A DNA stretch of 64,000 nucleotides from Octopus sinensis (GCF_006345805.1 NC_043001.1:129146001-129210000); one strand, 5' to 3'. Counted from the first letter of the stretch, positions 51,646 to 64,000 are shown. Translations and numbers: made by a program. The notes: generated from the sequence alone by a model not told the origin.

Positions 51646-51746
51646 TAGATTCACTTCAACATTAAAATTTTGTCAGTGAACAGGTTGCGGTTTCAAAGGG
51701 TCAAAAATATTTTGAGAAATTAAATTTAAATGTTGAAGTGAATCTA
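51646..51746. mobile_element. 101-bp MITE-like hairpin with 24-bp terminal inverted repeats, TA-bounded
   Basis: agattcacttcaacattaaaattt matches the reverse complement of aaatttaaatgttgaagtgaatct at 23 of 24. Confidence 0.75.
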
Positions 51747-52590
51747 ATTGTTTTTTGTGTTTTTGAATGACTTATAAACACCTTCCATGCTGCAATTGTT
51801 TTTGTTTCAGCATACGATCTCAGCTCAGGTCACTCACTATGCAAGTACATCTCTGTAATTTTATATTTTACTTGTTTCAGTCATTAGACTATGGCCATAT
51901 TTGGGACACTGCCTTGCTCTATAACTTTGGCTGCTGCTGTACACTGGATAGCTTCCCAAATATTGTATGCTATTCTGAATGCCAGTTTTAGATTGGATTT
52001 TCGTAGAGCTTATAGAGTAACACTTGTGTCACACATGTTACAGATAGACCAGTTACATTCAATAGTTATCTCTTGTAAAATATCACAGCCATTGAATCAA
52101 GTTTAGTATGGCTTTTTATGGTAGAATTTGATCAGCCTGATCAAGGATAAAATAGTTTGGGCTGTGCAAAACCTTGAGTAGGACTAGTGTGAGCTGGGTT
52201 TGGCTGCTGGGAACTGGTCTAGTCTAATCTTGCTTGGTGTGCATTCATTTGCTGACAGAGATGACAGGTCTTTTTATTTATCCTTTAGTTATGAATGAAG
52301 GGTACAACCCACAACCTTTTGTGAGCCTTTGAGATTAGAGAGGGAGAAACGAGGGTGTCTGAGCTTATATTCAGTTTATGGTGGGTTTTTTTTTTTGATA
52401 TTTTGATGTTACATAAAAGGTTGACTCGTCCCTTTCATCATGAAAAAATATTTACATTTTTCCACTATATCTTACTTGTTGGTATTTTTCTTTATCTAAT
52501 TTGTTTGAAGAGCTTCAACCTGGACAGCAAATATCAATCCTTCAATTTCTTTCTGGTATCACTATTATTATTATTAGTAGTAGTAGTTGT

Positions 52591-52627
<37 letters not shown>

Positions 52628-53205
52628 CTTTCTTACTCTTATATTTGTTTCAGTCATTTGACTGTGGTCATGCTGGAGCAACACCTTTGGTCGAACAAAT
52701 CGACCTCAGAACTTATTCCTAATTCTATCAGTCTCTTTTGCCAAACCACTAAGTTTTGGAGACGTAGATATACCAACATTGGTTGTCAAGCGGCTATGGG
52801 GAGGACAAAAACATAGACACAAACATACAGATAGTAGTAGTAGTAGTACCCGTAATCTGTGTTGCTGTTGTTATGTTGCATAGTATAAGTTTAATTGAAG
52901 GATGATTTAGAAGGAGAAAGGGAAACAAAAGTAAAGCGGGGACTTGAGAGCTAGGTGGAGCAAAATCTGTTTAACATTAATGTGACTTATTTAAAACTGT
53001 TAAAAAAAATCCCACAAAAAACAAAAAAACAACAAAAACAAATGAAAACAACTACAACAACAACAACTAAAGGGAACAAATGGAACTAAACAAATATATT
53101 AATAATTAGCTATATGAATATATAAAATAAATAAATAATTGAAGTCAAGACAAAATTTTTGAAACTAAATTTGAAAATGAAATAATAATTCACTTTAACA
53201 ATAAT

Positions 53206-53244
<39 letters not shown>

Positions 53245-53919
53245 CAATGAAAAATAGAAAGACAGAAAGAAAGAAAGAAAGAAGAAAGAAAGGAGTAAAG
53301 TGGACAGACAGATTACATTACAATGCAAGAACTAAAGTCTACTAAAGTGTTGAGAATATAAAGAGAGAAAAAGGGGAAAAAAAACTGTGTCTTAAAAAGG
53401 AAATGAATTTATACCTTTAAAATTTAAACAAGGAATAAAGGTGGGAGTAGGATTAAGAAACAGGTAACGACAAGCAACAACAAGAACAAGAACAACAACA
53501 GCAACAACCACTACAAAGAAAATGATAATGATGATATTAATAATGATAAATAGTGATAATGATAATAATAGAAAATATTGAAATAATTGCTATTCAATGA
53601 TATAATGGATGAAATTGTTGTTACAGTTAAAGTTGGGAAGAAATGTGACAAGAAGCTTTTGGAAATTGTCTGTTTTTGGGAAGTAAAGAGATAATAATGG
53701 CCAATATATATATATATATATTTTTTGGTCTTCAGCTTCTTTTCTTAATTTTATTTTATTATGTGTAAGTATGTGTGTGAGTGTGTGAGTATGTGGGTGT
53801 TTGTGTATGTGTCTGTATGGGTGTGTTTGTGTAAGAGCATGTCTTTAACTTATGTTCTGAAATTGGAAAAAAAATAAAAAAACGTGTTGTTGTTGTTGGT
53901 TGTAGATGGGTAATGAAAG

Positions 53920-54106
53920 GAAGAAGAAGAAGAAGAAGAAGAAAGAAGAAGAAGAAGAGGAAGAAGAAGTGGAAGAAGAAGAAGAAGAAGAAGAAGAAGA
54001 TGAATAATAATAAGAAGAATAAGAAGAATAAGAAGAAGATGAATAAGAAGAAAAAGAAGAAGTGGAAGAAGAAGAAGAAGAAAAATAATAATAATAATAA
54101 TAATAA

Positions 54107-54137
<31 letters not shown>

Positions 54138-54230
54138 ATGATGAATAAGAAGAAGAAGAAGAAAAAGAAGAAGAAGAAGAAGAAGAAGAAGAAGAAAAAG
54201 AAGATGATGATGAAGAAGCAAGATGATGAA
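53920..54230. repeat. (GAA)n purine tract with (TAA) insertions
   Basis: Directly visible; gives a poly-K pseudo-ORF. Confidence 0.95.
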
Positions 54231-55643
54231 AAGGAAGGAGAAAAGAAAGAAGTAAAGGAAAAGTAAGAAAAAAGAATGATGACAAAGATGAAGAACAGAC
54301 AAGAAGGCAGAAAGAAAAAGAGGAGGAAGAAGAAAGAAGAAGACAAAATGAGGTAGAGGAGGAAGAAAATGAAGAAGAAGAAAATGGAGGAGGAAAGAAG
54401 GGATGAGGAGGAGAGGAAAAGAAAAAGAAAAATGGAAAAAAGAAATCTAAGAAAAACGGAATGAGTTCAACAGAAAATGAACCTGAGTTATGATGTAAAT
54501 AGCTTAGAATTAAAAAGGAGAATGCGAATAACATTATTGTTGAAGATTTGCTATCAACAAAGAGACAAGGGATAAAGGAAAGTGAAAGTAGATAGACAGA
54601 AAAAGAAGAAAAAAGATAAAAACAGAAAACTACATAATCGCAAAAATATATAAATGAATAAATAAAAGATAAATAAAATCTGAATGAGAATCGGAAACAA
54701 AGTAAATAAACAAAAAGTTGAACAGACAACAATCAGAGGAAGAAGATTAGCGAGATAAAAATGTAAAAGAACATATAAAAGAACAGCAAGCAATAAGAGA
54801 AGTAAGAGAAGAAAAAGAAGAATAGAAGGGGAAAGAGGAGAATGAGAAGAAACAAAGAAAATGAAGATGACAAAGAAGATGAAGAACTAAAAGGAAAAGG
54901 ATGTAAAGTACAACAAGAACAACGGAACAACATATATATAAAATGATAAAGGAACACCAACAGAACAACAAAAACAATAACAAGCCGTTGAACACATGTC
55001 GAGGACTCTGCAAGGGAATTCCAGGTAAACTAATGTTTTTTTATTGCTTTTGTCTTGTTTTGTTTGTTTAAAGGTTTATTTGCAATGTTTTGGAAGGGAA
55101 GTGAATAATATTCTTTTGAGTGAAGACAAAATAGGAACGAAAAAAAAAAAAAAGTAAGTTGTCAGCGTTGGCTTTTCTTTGGAGATCAGGTTTATGGATT
55201 CTTACAAGGAGAATCTAATGAAAGACAGCAATAGTGAAAGAACAACAATAAAAAAAAAAACCTATGCTAAATACACACAAAAAAAAAAGAAATAATACTC
55301 CAACAAATAACAAAGGTGAAAATGATGCATTGAGTGTTTTCAAAGTAAACACGTTTCTCTGGTTTGTGCAGAGAAGTTTGGGTCACTCACTAGGTCTTAA
55401 GTTCATTGTCTTTTTTTCGGAACCATGCAGTTTATTGTCACAGCTATATATGATGGTTAATTTAATCATTGTCTTCCTTCTATTTCATCAAATCGAATAC
55501 CTTATTGTTTAACAATCAGCCAGATTTAAAGCAGTCATTGACACATGCATGCATGCATACATACATACATACATACATATGTTCTTGCATACATACATAC
55601 ATACATACATACATACATACATACATACACACACACACATGTA

Positions 55644-55874
55644 TATTTCTTTACTACTCACAAGGGGCTAAACACAGAGGGGACAAACAAGGACAGGCAA
55701 ACAGATTAAGTCGATTACATCGACCCCAGTGCGTAACTGGTACTTAATTTATCGACCCCGAAAGGATGAAAAGCAAAGTCGACCTCGGCGGAATTTGAAC
55801 TCGGAACATAAAGAGAGACGAAATACGGCTACGCACTTCGCCCGGCGTGATAACGTTTCTGCCAACTCGCCGCC
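55644..55874 (-). mobile_element. SINE family B, young copy, within (TACA)n
   Basis: The reverse complement aligns end to end with 21621-21852. Confidence 0.88.
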
Positions 55875-55989
55875 TTGCATACATACATACATACATGCAT
55901 ACATACATACATACATGCATACATACATACATACACACACATGCATGCATACATACATACATAAATACATGCATGCATGCGTACATACA

Positions 55990-56021
<32 letters not shown>

Positions 56022-56511
56022 CACACATGCATGTATACATATATACATACACACATACATGCATGCATACATACATACATATTTTTCATCTGTTACTTGT
56101 TTCAGTCATTAGACTATGGCCATGCTGGGGCACCACCTTGAAGAATTTGTAGTTGAATGAACTGACCCCAATACTTAATTTTTTTTATTTTTGCAGAGCT
56201 TGGTACTTATTCTGTTGGCCTCTTTTGTTGACATGCTAAGTTACGGGGATGCTAAGTTACGGGGATGTAAACATGCTAAGTTACGGGGATGTAAACCTAC
56301 CAACTTTGGTTTGTCAAGCAGTGGTGAAGGACAAACACAGACACAAAGATATGCATGCATGCACATACGCACACACATACATGACTCTACAAATCCACTC
56401 ACAAGGCTTTGCTCAACTTGAATCTATATTAGAATCTCACTTGCCTAAGGTGCAACACAGTGGAACTGAACCTGGAGTCATGTGTATCTAAATATATACC
56501 TGTGTATCTAA

Positions 56512-56542
<31 letters not shown>

Positions 56543-56733
56543 TACACATATATATGCCCACATGTGTGTAGGTATATATATACACACACAAGTATATACG
56601 TTTGTGTGTAAATTTATCTCTGTCCATCCGCCCGTCCATCCATCCATTCATCTATCTATATGATGTTTTGCAAACAGTGTGAGACATCATATAATATTAT
56701 ATATATATATTACATACATAATACATATATAAG

Positions 56734-56795
<62 letters not shown>

Positions 56796-56889
56796 TATGA
56801 ATTTGGGTTTTACCAATAGAACCACAACTCCTATTTCAGGATAACCTTATTGTATGGAATACACAGAAAGAATTACACACAGAATACAC

Positions 56890-56974
56890 AATGCTACATG
56901 TGTTTCTGCACTGCTGGGGTGTTTATCAAGGCTATACCTAATACATAAATCCACCAGTGCTTCCTCAGGCTATT
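56890..56974 (-). ncRNA. Type I hammerhead ribozyme motif (left arm)
   Basis: aau(a)gc CUGAGGA a[gcacug g ugg...cca g cagugc]a GAAA C ACAU GUA gcauu. All conserved core nucleotides are present; stem II has a 6-bp perfect base. Confidence 0.8.
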
Positions 56975-57353
56975 TATCTTATTGTTATTATTATTAACGG
57001 ATCAAAGTTAAAAATACATATAAGTCATATTAAATAGAAAAACAAGAATATGAATAAAAATATAATAAAAATATAATAAAAATATACAAATTGCAAATAC
57101 AGTTTTTAAAAGTTAAAACTTTAAAAAATTTAAAAATGAAACACCTAAAATTATATTACCGATATATATATATTAGCGATATATATCGGTAATGTAATTT
57201 AAAAAATTTTTTTAAGTTTTTAATTTTTAAAAAACATATTTGTAATTTATATATTTTTATTATATTTTTATTCATATTCTTATTTTTCTATTTAATATGA
57301 CTTATAATGTGCATTTTTAACTTTGATCCGTTAATTATAATAACAATAATATA

Positions 57354-57438
57354 AATAGCCTGAGGACGCACTGGTGGATTTATGTATCAAGTATAGCCTT
57401 CATAAATACCCCACCAGCACAGAAACACATGTAGCATT
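57354..57438 (+). ncRNA. Type I hammerhead ribozyme motif (right arm)
   Basis: aau(a)gc CUGAGGA cgca[cuggugg auuuaug...cauaaau acc ccaccag]caca GAAA C ACAU GUA gcauu. The core is intact; the base of stem II is partly mismatched. Confidence 0.75.
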
Positions 57439-57859
57439 GATTAAAGATATCTTCTTTCCCCACAGACTAATAACTGGTAAGCTATATATATTTTTTCAAA
57501 TAATTTTATTGTATTTTACAGTAGGTTTTTTAAATGCTTATATTATTTTTTTGGACATAACTTTCTATGTGTATTCCATACAATAAAGTTATCTTGAAAT
57601 AGGAGCTGCAGTTCTATAGGTAAAACCCCGAATTTGTAATAATATTGTAAATAATACTGTTTTCATTGTTTTACTAAAGTGTAAAATAGTAAATGACCTG
57701 ATAACCTGGAATACTTATAATTCTCTAAGATTTAATATATATATAAGTTCATTGTTCTTTTCCTAACATTTTGTGTCTGTGTGTGTTGTTGGTTTTGTGC
57801 AAGTATTTTGTATTTCATGTCATGAGTTCAATCATGTTGTCTGATCATGTCTGTTGTGT

Positions 57860-58357
57860 ACCCCATGATTGTGCTTAAGAAGACCTGGCAAGCCAAATGA
57901 GACCATAACCTTGTGGCCTATGCCAGGGGTGTAACCAGCCCACATATGCGTACCTTTCCTTCATTGGACACTAAACTCTGCTTGTGAAGACCTGTTGAGG
58001 CAAGTGAAATCGAAATCAAATTCGATAATTGGCATCTGTGCTAATGGAGTGCTAAGAGCACCATCCAAGCATGATCGTTGCCAATGTGGCTAACTGACTT
58101 CCGTGCCAGTGGCACGTAAAAAGCGCCATTCAAGCATGATCGTTACCAGCATCGCCTTACTGGCACTTGTGCTGGTGACACATGAAAAAACATTCGAGCA
58201 AGGTCGTTGCCAGTGCCGCTGGACTGACTCCTGTGCAGGTGGCATGTAAAAAACACCATTTGAGTGTGGCCATTACCAGTACTGCCTGACTGGCCCTCAT
58301 GCTGGTGCATGTAAAAAGCACCCACTACGCTCTCGGAGTGGTTGGTGTTAGGAAGGG
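57860..58357 (+). mobile_element. SINE-like family C with 5' portion, 3'-truncated
   Basis: Four to five gtggcacgtaaaaagc modules followed by the core start gagtggttggtgttaggaaggg. Confidence 0.75.
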
Positions 58358-59274
58358 TTGTTGGTGTTGTTGTAATGCTGTTGCAGGCAATAAATGCTGC
58401 TGATATGGACATTGTAAGCTTTCACAGCAAGCCAGCCATGGTGCCCTTCTTGCATTTGGCCAATAGCTTGTTCTCATGGCACTGCTGACAATCAGGTCAT
58501 ACCCAATGCATCCAACTTACAAATGCTAGGAACACCGTTCAAGTTGATTTTTATGCCCATAACCTCTGCAAGATGCATGCACAGTATGGTTTTCATGACA
58601 ATTGTTTGCGACTGCCATGCACGACATTCAACGCAGCTGCATTTTGGCATCTTGTTTCATGGAAAGTTGAAAGGTTACCTGCATTTGGGTGTCAACCATA
58701 AACCAGCATGTCTTGGAATATTTACACTTACATCCCTGAAGGTAAATTTTCAGAATTTACCATATAAAAATGACATTTGAAAAAATTGCATTTCTTTTGT
58801 GGCTCAGTGGACATCTTTAGACTGCAACCATACTGGGACCTTGAAGAATTTTTAATTGAATGAATTGACCCAGGACTTATTTTTTTAAAACGTGGGACTT
58901 ATCCTGTCAGTCTCGTTTGCTGACTCGATAAGTTATGGGGATGTAAACACACCAATATTAGTTGTCAAGCAGTGGTGGGAACAAACATAGATAGAAAAAC
59001 ACATGTGCATGCACACACACATACACACACACACACACACAAACACAGTGGGCTTCTTTTAGTTTCTGTCTCCCAAATCCACTCACAAGTCTTTGGTTGG
59101 CTTGAGGCTGTAGTAGAAGACACTAACCCAATGTGGCATGCAGTGGGACTGAACCTGGAACCATGAAGTTGAGAAGCAAGCTTCTAACCACACAGCCACA
59201 CCTATAACTGTTTCAAAGAATATACACAAACCCACACACATACATGGGAGTTTGTACTTGCATGTGTGTGCGTA

Positions 59275-59337
<63 letters not shown>

Positions 59338-60176
59338 TATTATCATACCCTATATTTTATGGAATATGATAAGAAAATATATATTGTTCATACAACAAGT
59401 AAAATATTTATTTTGCAAATTGGAAATGGCACACAGATGTTATCCCTAACCCAACCAAATACAGGATATAATTATTTGGAAATTATATACAATTTTGCTT
59501 CTTAGAAGAGAAAGCTGTCCCCAATAACTGAAGTCCAATCAAGAATGGATAAGGTGGGAAGCAGGAAAGTATTGACAATCGATATTATGCGTTGCATGTG
59601 GAGTTAAGTGCTTCAGGGCTAGAGCTAGGCTCCCAGCAGCTGTGTGGCCATTGTATGGGGCAACTTGTAACATGTATGTATGCCTGTGTGGCAAGAGGTT
59701 TGTGTCCCAGTCACTGAGTTCCATGCTCATTCCCACTGTGTGGAACTAGAACACCAGGACTAAATTCTTCTCAGTGGATTTGTTAGATGGAAATCAAAAT
59801 GAAGCTAGTTTATAAATATATATGCATAATAATTATTTGAGGGAATATTAATCCTAACTTACAGGGAAAAAATTCATTTTAGAAATACTAAATCAAATTT
59901 CACACAATATAATATATATATATAAAAATTAGAAAAAAAACCACCTTTTATCAATTCAAAATGAACAATTAAATTACACCATCTAGAAAATTACATATAA
60001 TAGAAATATTAAAATTAAAATAACACTAAAATACCAATGATAAAGTAAATTGCAAAAATATAATGAAAACGTATTTAATTGGTAGAATAACGACATGTTT
60101 CGTGGCTATATTTAAGAATTGATTATATATATATATATATACATACTTACATACATACATACATACATACATATAT

Positions 60177-60211
<35 letters not shown>

Positions 60212-60247
60212 AATATAAATAAGTAACAAAGATGTACAGGCATCAAT

Positions 60248-60503
60248 TCATTATGGCCATTTCAATTGGCCCTATTTAACTGATTAATGAAAACACTACA
60301 TCAATCTGAAAGAAACCGTTGTTGTCAGATGACTGCATACATTTCAAACATAAAATAAACCATTTTTTAACAAATTTACATCAATAGTGGAAGCCAAAAT
60401 ATTTACATTGATTCCTTTTGTTATATCTGTGGCAGAATCTTTCAAACTGATGTAATGTTTTCATTAATCAATTAAATGGAGCCACTTGAAACAGCTGTAA
60501 TGG
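60248..60503. repeat. Old inverted repeat (~66-nt arms, ~125-nt spacer) with degenerate hammerhead-like motif
   Basis: The reverse complement of 60248-60313 aligns with 60438-60503. The right arm reads CTGATGT...GAAA C AGCT GTA. Confidence 0.7.
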
Positions 60504-61473
60504 ATTGACGCCCATACAGCTTTGTTACTTAATTATATTCTGTTCACCTAACTTAGAATCTGCACTTTGGAAAGTACCTTTATAGAAAGTACACTTGTGA
60601 ATTACCAAGAGCAAATATCTTCAGCTTTTTAAGCACTACAAATGTTTCGATACATACAGATCCTCGTATATACAGGATTTAAAGTTGAGTTTAAATTAAA
60701 TTATGTAACGATTTACCTGTAAAAGAAGATCTATCTGTATCTCCTCTTTCCATAAGTAAATCTAGATTTCCATGCTACAACATCCATGACTTCTTCTTTG
60801 AAATTAACAAATGCTGATGGTCTCAATATATATATGTATATATATATATATACATCTTTTATCTTTTACTTGTTTCAGTCATCAGACTGTGGCCATGCAG
60901 GGGCAATGCCTTGAAGAATTTTTTGCCAAAAGCATAGACCCCAGTACTTTTTTATAAACCTGGAACTTTTCTACTGGTCACTATTGCTGAACTGCCAGGT
61001 TATTGGAATGCAAACACAACAATAATGGTTGTCAAGTAGTGGTGGATGAGAAACACAGACACAAACACATATATATTGCGTTTCTTTCAGTCTCCATCTA
61101 TCAAATCCACTCACAAGGCTTTGGTTGGTCCAAGTCTATAGCAGACAACACTTTCCCATGGTACCACATGGTGGGACTGAACTCAGAACCAAGAAGTACT
61201 TTGGGTAAGCATCTTTTAATATGATCTTTGGTCGACCAAAACCTCATGAATGGATTGTGATAAACAGAAACTGAAAGAAGCCTATCATAGATATATATAA
61301 ATATACATACATATACATATGTGTATGCGCATGTACGTGTGTGTGAGTGTATGTGTGTGTGTGTGTTTATTTTTAATCAGCAGATGCTACAAAGTCACTC
61401 AAGAGCGATTTTTGTATGATACTTTGAAAGTACCTTGCATGAAACTCTCGGCCCTCAAGATTAAAAATAATAC

Positions 61474-61508
<35 letters not shown>

Positions 61509-62073
61509 AATACTTGTGCTGTTCTATGTTTTATTTATTCTATTTGTTCTATAAAGTGTGTATGTGTGTGTGTGTGTGTGTATGGAAAGAGAGGAAAGAA
61601 TGTGGTTGTTCAGCTAAATATGTATGGGCGTGAATGTATACTTATAAAAACATAGCTGAAATATATCATTATATGTGCATACACACTCACTCACATGATT
61701 AAACATGTATATACACATAAACATATTTAAATTAAGGCTGAATAAATGAATTTTAAATCGTTTGTGTGTGTATGTGCATGTGTGTATAATATATATATGT
61801 ATTATATATATATACACACCTATACAAATGTATATGTGTGTATAAGCTATATATATATATTTATATATATTATACACACATGCACATACACACACAAATG
61901 TATATGATATATATATATGTATATACATACACATGCACATATACACATATACATACTATATTCAACCATCTATACATCTACATTATATATACATATAATT
62001 ATATACACATACACAAATAGAGTCATGAAGCAAAATATATGAGTGCAATGCATAGAGAGAGAGAGAGAGATAG

Positions 62074-62113
<40 letters not shown>

Positions 62114-62638
62114 TACAGGGAAAGCAAAAGAGAAATTATTAGCATATACAATTCATGATAAACATGTTAAAATTTATACTTAACAAGCTTAATATTTTGT
62201 TTACCTATAATTATCGTAGAAGAAAGCTGAGAGTGGTATTAAATTGGCAACAACAAGCTTCATTAAATAACAAACCCTCATATACAGAGAGAGAATTGTT
62301 ATTTCAGATTAAGGTGATTTGTGTAAGTAAAAGTTCGTTTTATTGGGGAAATAAATTGGGAAGCCAAATCATTATTGCATTTATATGATAAATAAGGAAA
62401 TATTAAAAAGAAAACATCTATTTTAATTATATATACATAGATAAATATAAATACGCATAGATGTGTGAATGAATCTGTGTGTGTGTGAGTGTGCGTGTAT
62501 AAGCATATGTACATGTGCACACGCATACACCTGCACATACGCGCACATATGTCTATGTATATTTACATATAAATGTCATATACATTTATATTTTTGTTAT
62601 TCTTTTTCTCTCTTTCTCTTTAAACAGATGTATATATA

Positions 62639-62679
<41 letters not shown>

Positions 62680-63126
62680 TATGTATATACATACACCATA
62701 TATACAAGAGAGAGTGAAAAATATATACATACACATATATATATGTATACACACCAATATACATACACACACACACACACACACATACACAGAGAGAGTG
62801 AAAGAGATATACATACACACATATATATATGTATACACACCCATATACATACAAGTATCACACATATACATGTATATAACTATGTATTGATAATGCATAT
62901 TTTTTCCTCATACACAAGGATACCTATGTAGTTAAGAAATCCACTCCATAACCAAATGGTTTGGGGTTCCTTCCCATTGTATTGCACCTTTTAGAAATGA
63001 CTTTCTCTATGGCCGTGGGTCAACCAATTCCTTACAAATGAATTTGGTACATGGAATCTGAAAAAAGACAGATCCCAAGATTATGGTAAATTAAGATCTC
63101 TGTGTATCAGAGTTTAAATGTATAAT

Positions 63127-63780
63127 AGCGCAGGAGTGGCGGTGTGGTAAGTAGCTTGCTAACCAACCACATGGTTCCAGGTTCAGTCCCACTGCATGGC
63201 ATTTTGGGCAAGTGTCTTCTGCTATAGCCCCGGTTCGACCAATGCCTTGTGAGTGGATTTGGTAGACGGAAACTGAAAGAAGCCTGTCGTATATATGTAT
63301 CATCATCATCATCATAATTTAACGTCCGCTTTCCATGCTAGCATGGGTTGGACGGTTCAACTGGGGTCTGGGGAGCCCGAAAGCTGTACCAGTCCAGTCA
63401 GATCTGGCAGTGTTTCTACAGCTGGATGCTCTTCCTAACGCCAACCACTCCGAGAGTGTAGTGGGTGATTTTATGTGCCACCGACACAGGTGCCAGACGA
63501 GGCTGGCAAACGGCCACGCTCGGATGGTGTTTTTTATGTGTATATATATATATATGTGTATGTGTGTGTGTGTGTGTTTGTGTGTCTGTGTTTGTCCCCC
63601 TAGCATTGCTTGACAACCGATGCTGGTGTGCTTACGTCCCCGTCACTTAGCGGTTCGGCAAAAGAGACCAATAGAATAAATACTGGGCTTACAAAGAATA
63701 AGTCCCGGGGTTGATTTGCTCGACTAAAGGCGGTGCTCCAGCATGACCGCAGTCAAATGACTGAAACAAGTAAAAGAGAG
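63127..63780 (+). mobile_element. SINE family A with a family C copy (63301-63535, minus) inserted in its internal microsatellite
   Basis: The family A 5' half ends at cctgtcgtatatatgtat and the 3' half resumes at (TG)n tttgtgtgtctgtgtttgtcccc. Confidence 0.85.
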
Positions 63781-64000
63781 TTTATGTAGGAAAACCTCTT
63801 ACATACAACATATTGTGAAATAAGCTTGTTACTCATACAACCATGCTTAAAATGGAATCATCATTTTTGTACAGAAACAATAAACAATGTTATATTTAAG
63901 CTAATGAGCGAGCTTCTATGTGCTTGCTCAGCCTGTAAAAAATAGCAGCTAAATATAACAATATCTGCCCTCACCTCATTCTCTGAAGAAAAAAAAGCAA

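Larger units (their letters stand above)
56800..57634. mobile_element. ~835-bp palindromic element (centre ~57174) with a hammerhead motif in each arm; probable Penelope-like pLTR fold-back
   Basis: Arms align from aatttgggttttacc (56800) and its partner at 57634 inward to ttaccgatatatat/atatatatcggtaa. The right arm has ~100-110 extra nt at ~57440-57545. Confidence 0.85.

Noticed and set aside
264-63650. Most ORF-track entries (poly-YI, HT, CV, I, N, K, T, M)
   Set aside because: They are stop-free readings of di-, tri- and tetranucleotide microsatellites or recurring SINE text, with no protein-like complexity.

Overview
AT-rich, repeat-saturated eukaryotic DNA. The SINE and microsatellite landscape looks like an Octopus (coleoid cephalopod) genome; this is recognition from memory, not a database search. 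No host protein-coding gene could be identified, and almost all ORF-track entries are microsatellite read-throughs. Supported content: dozens of copies of at least six SINE-like families; a near-full-length decayed Tc1 element and a mariner fragment; two RTE-type and one CR1-type LINE 3' fragments; three fragments of restriction-like-endonuclease (R4/Dong-type) LINEs, each ending in a (TAA)n tract; two Helitron-like non-autonomous elements; a piggyBac-like MITE; a 1.04-kb near-identical tandem duplication; and many simple repeats. The main unexpected signal is a set of Type I hammerhead-ribozyme-like motifs (CUGANGA / long stem II / GAAA / 2-3 bp stem III with a palindromic-type loop / GUA). 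They come from several unrelated sequence families and at four of five loci lie in divergent inverted repeats (2483-2760, 16213-16384, 56800-57634, 60248-60503), with one solo copy at 49.9 kb. They are probably Penelope-like pLTR derivatives.
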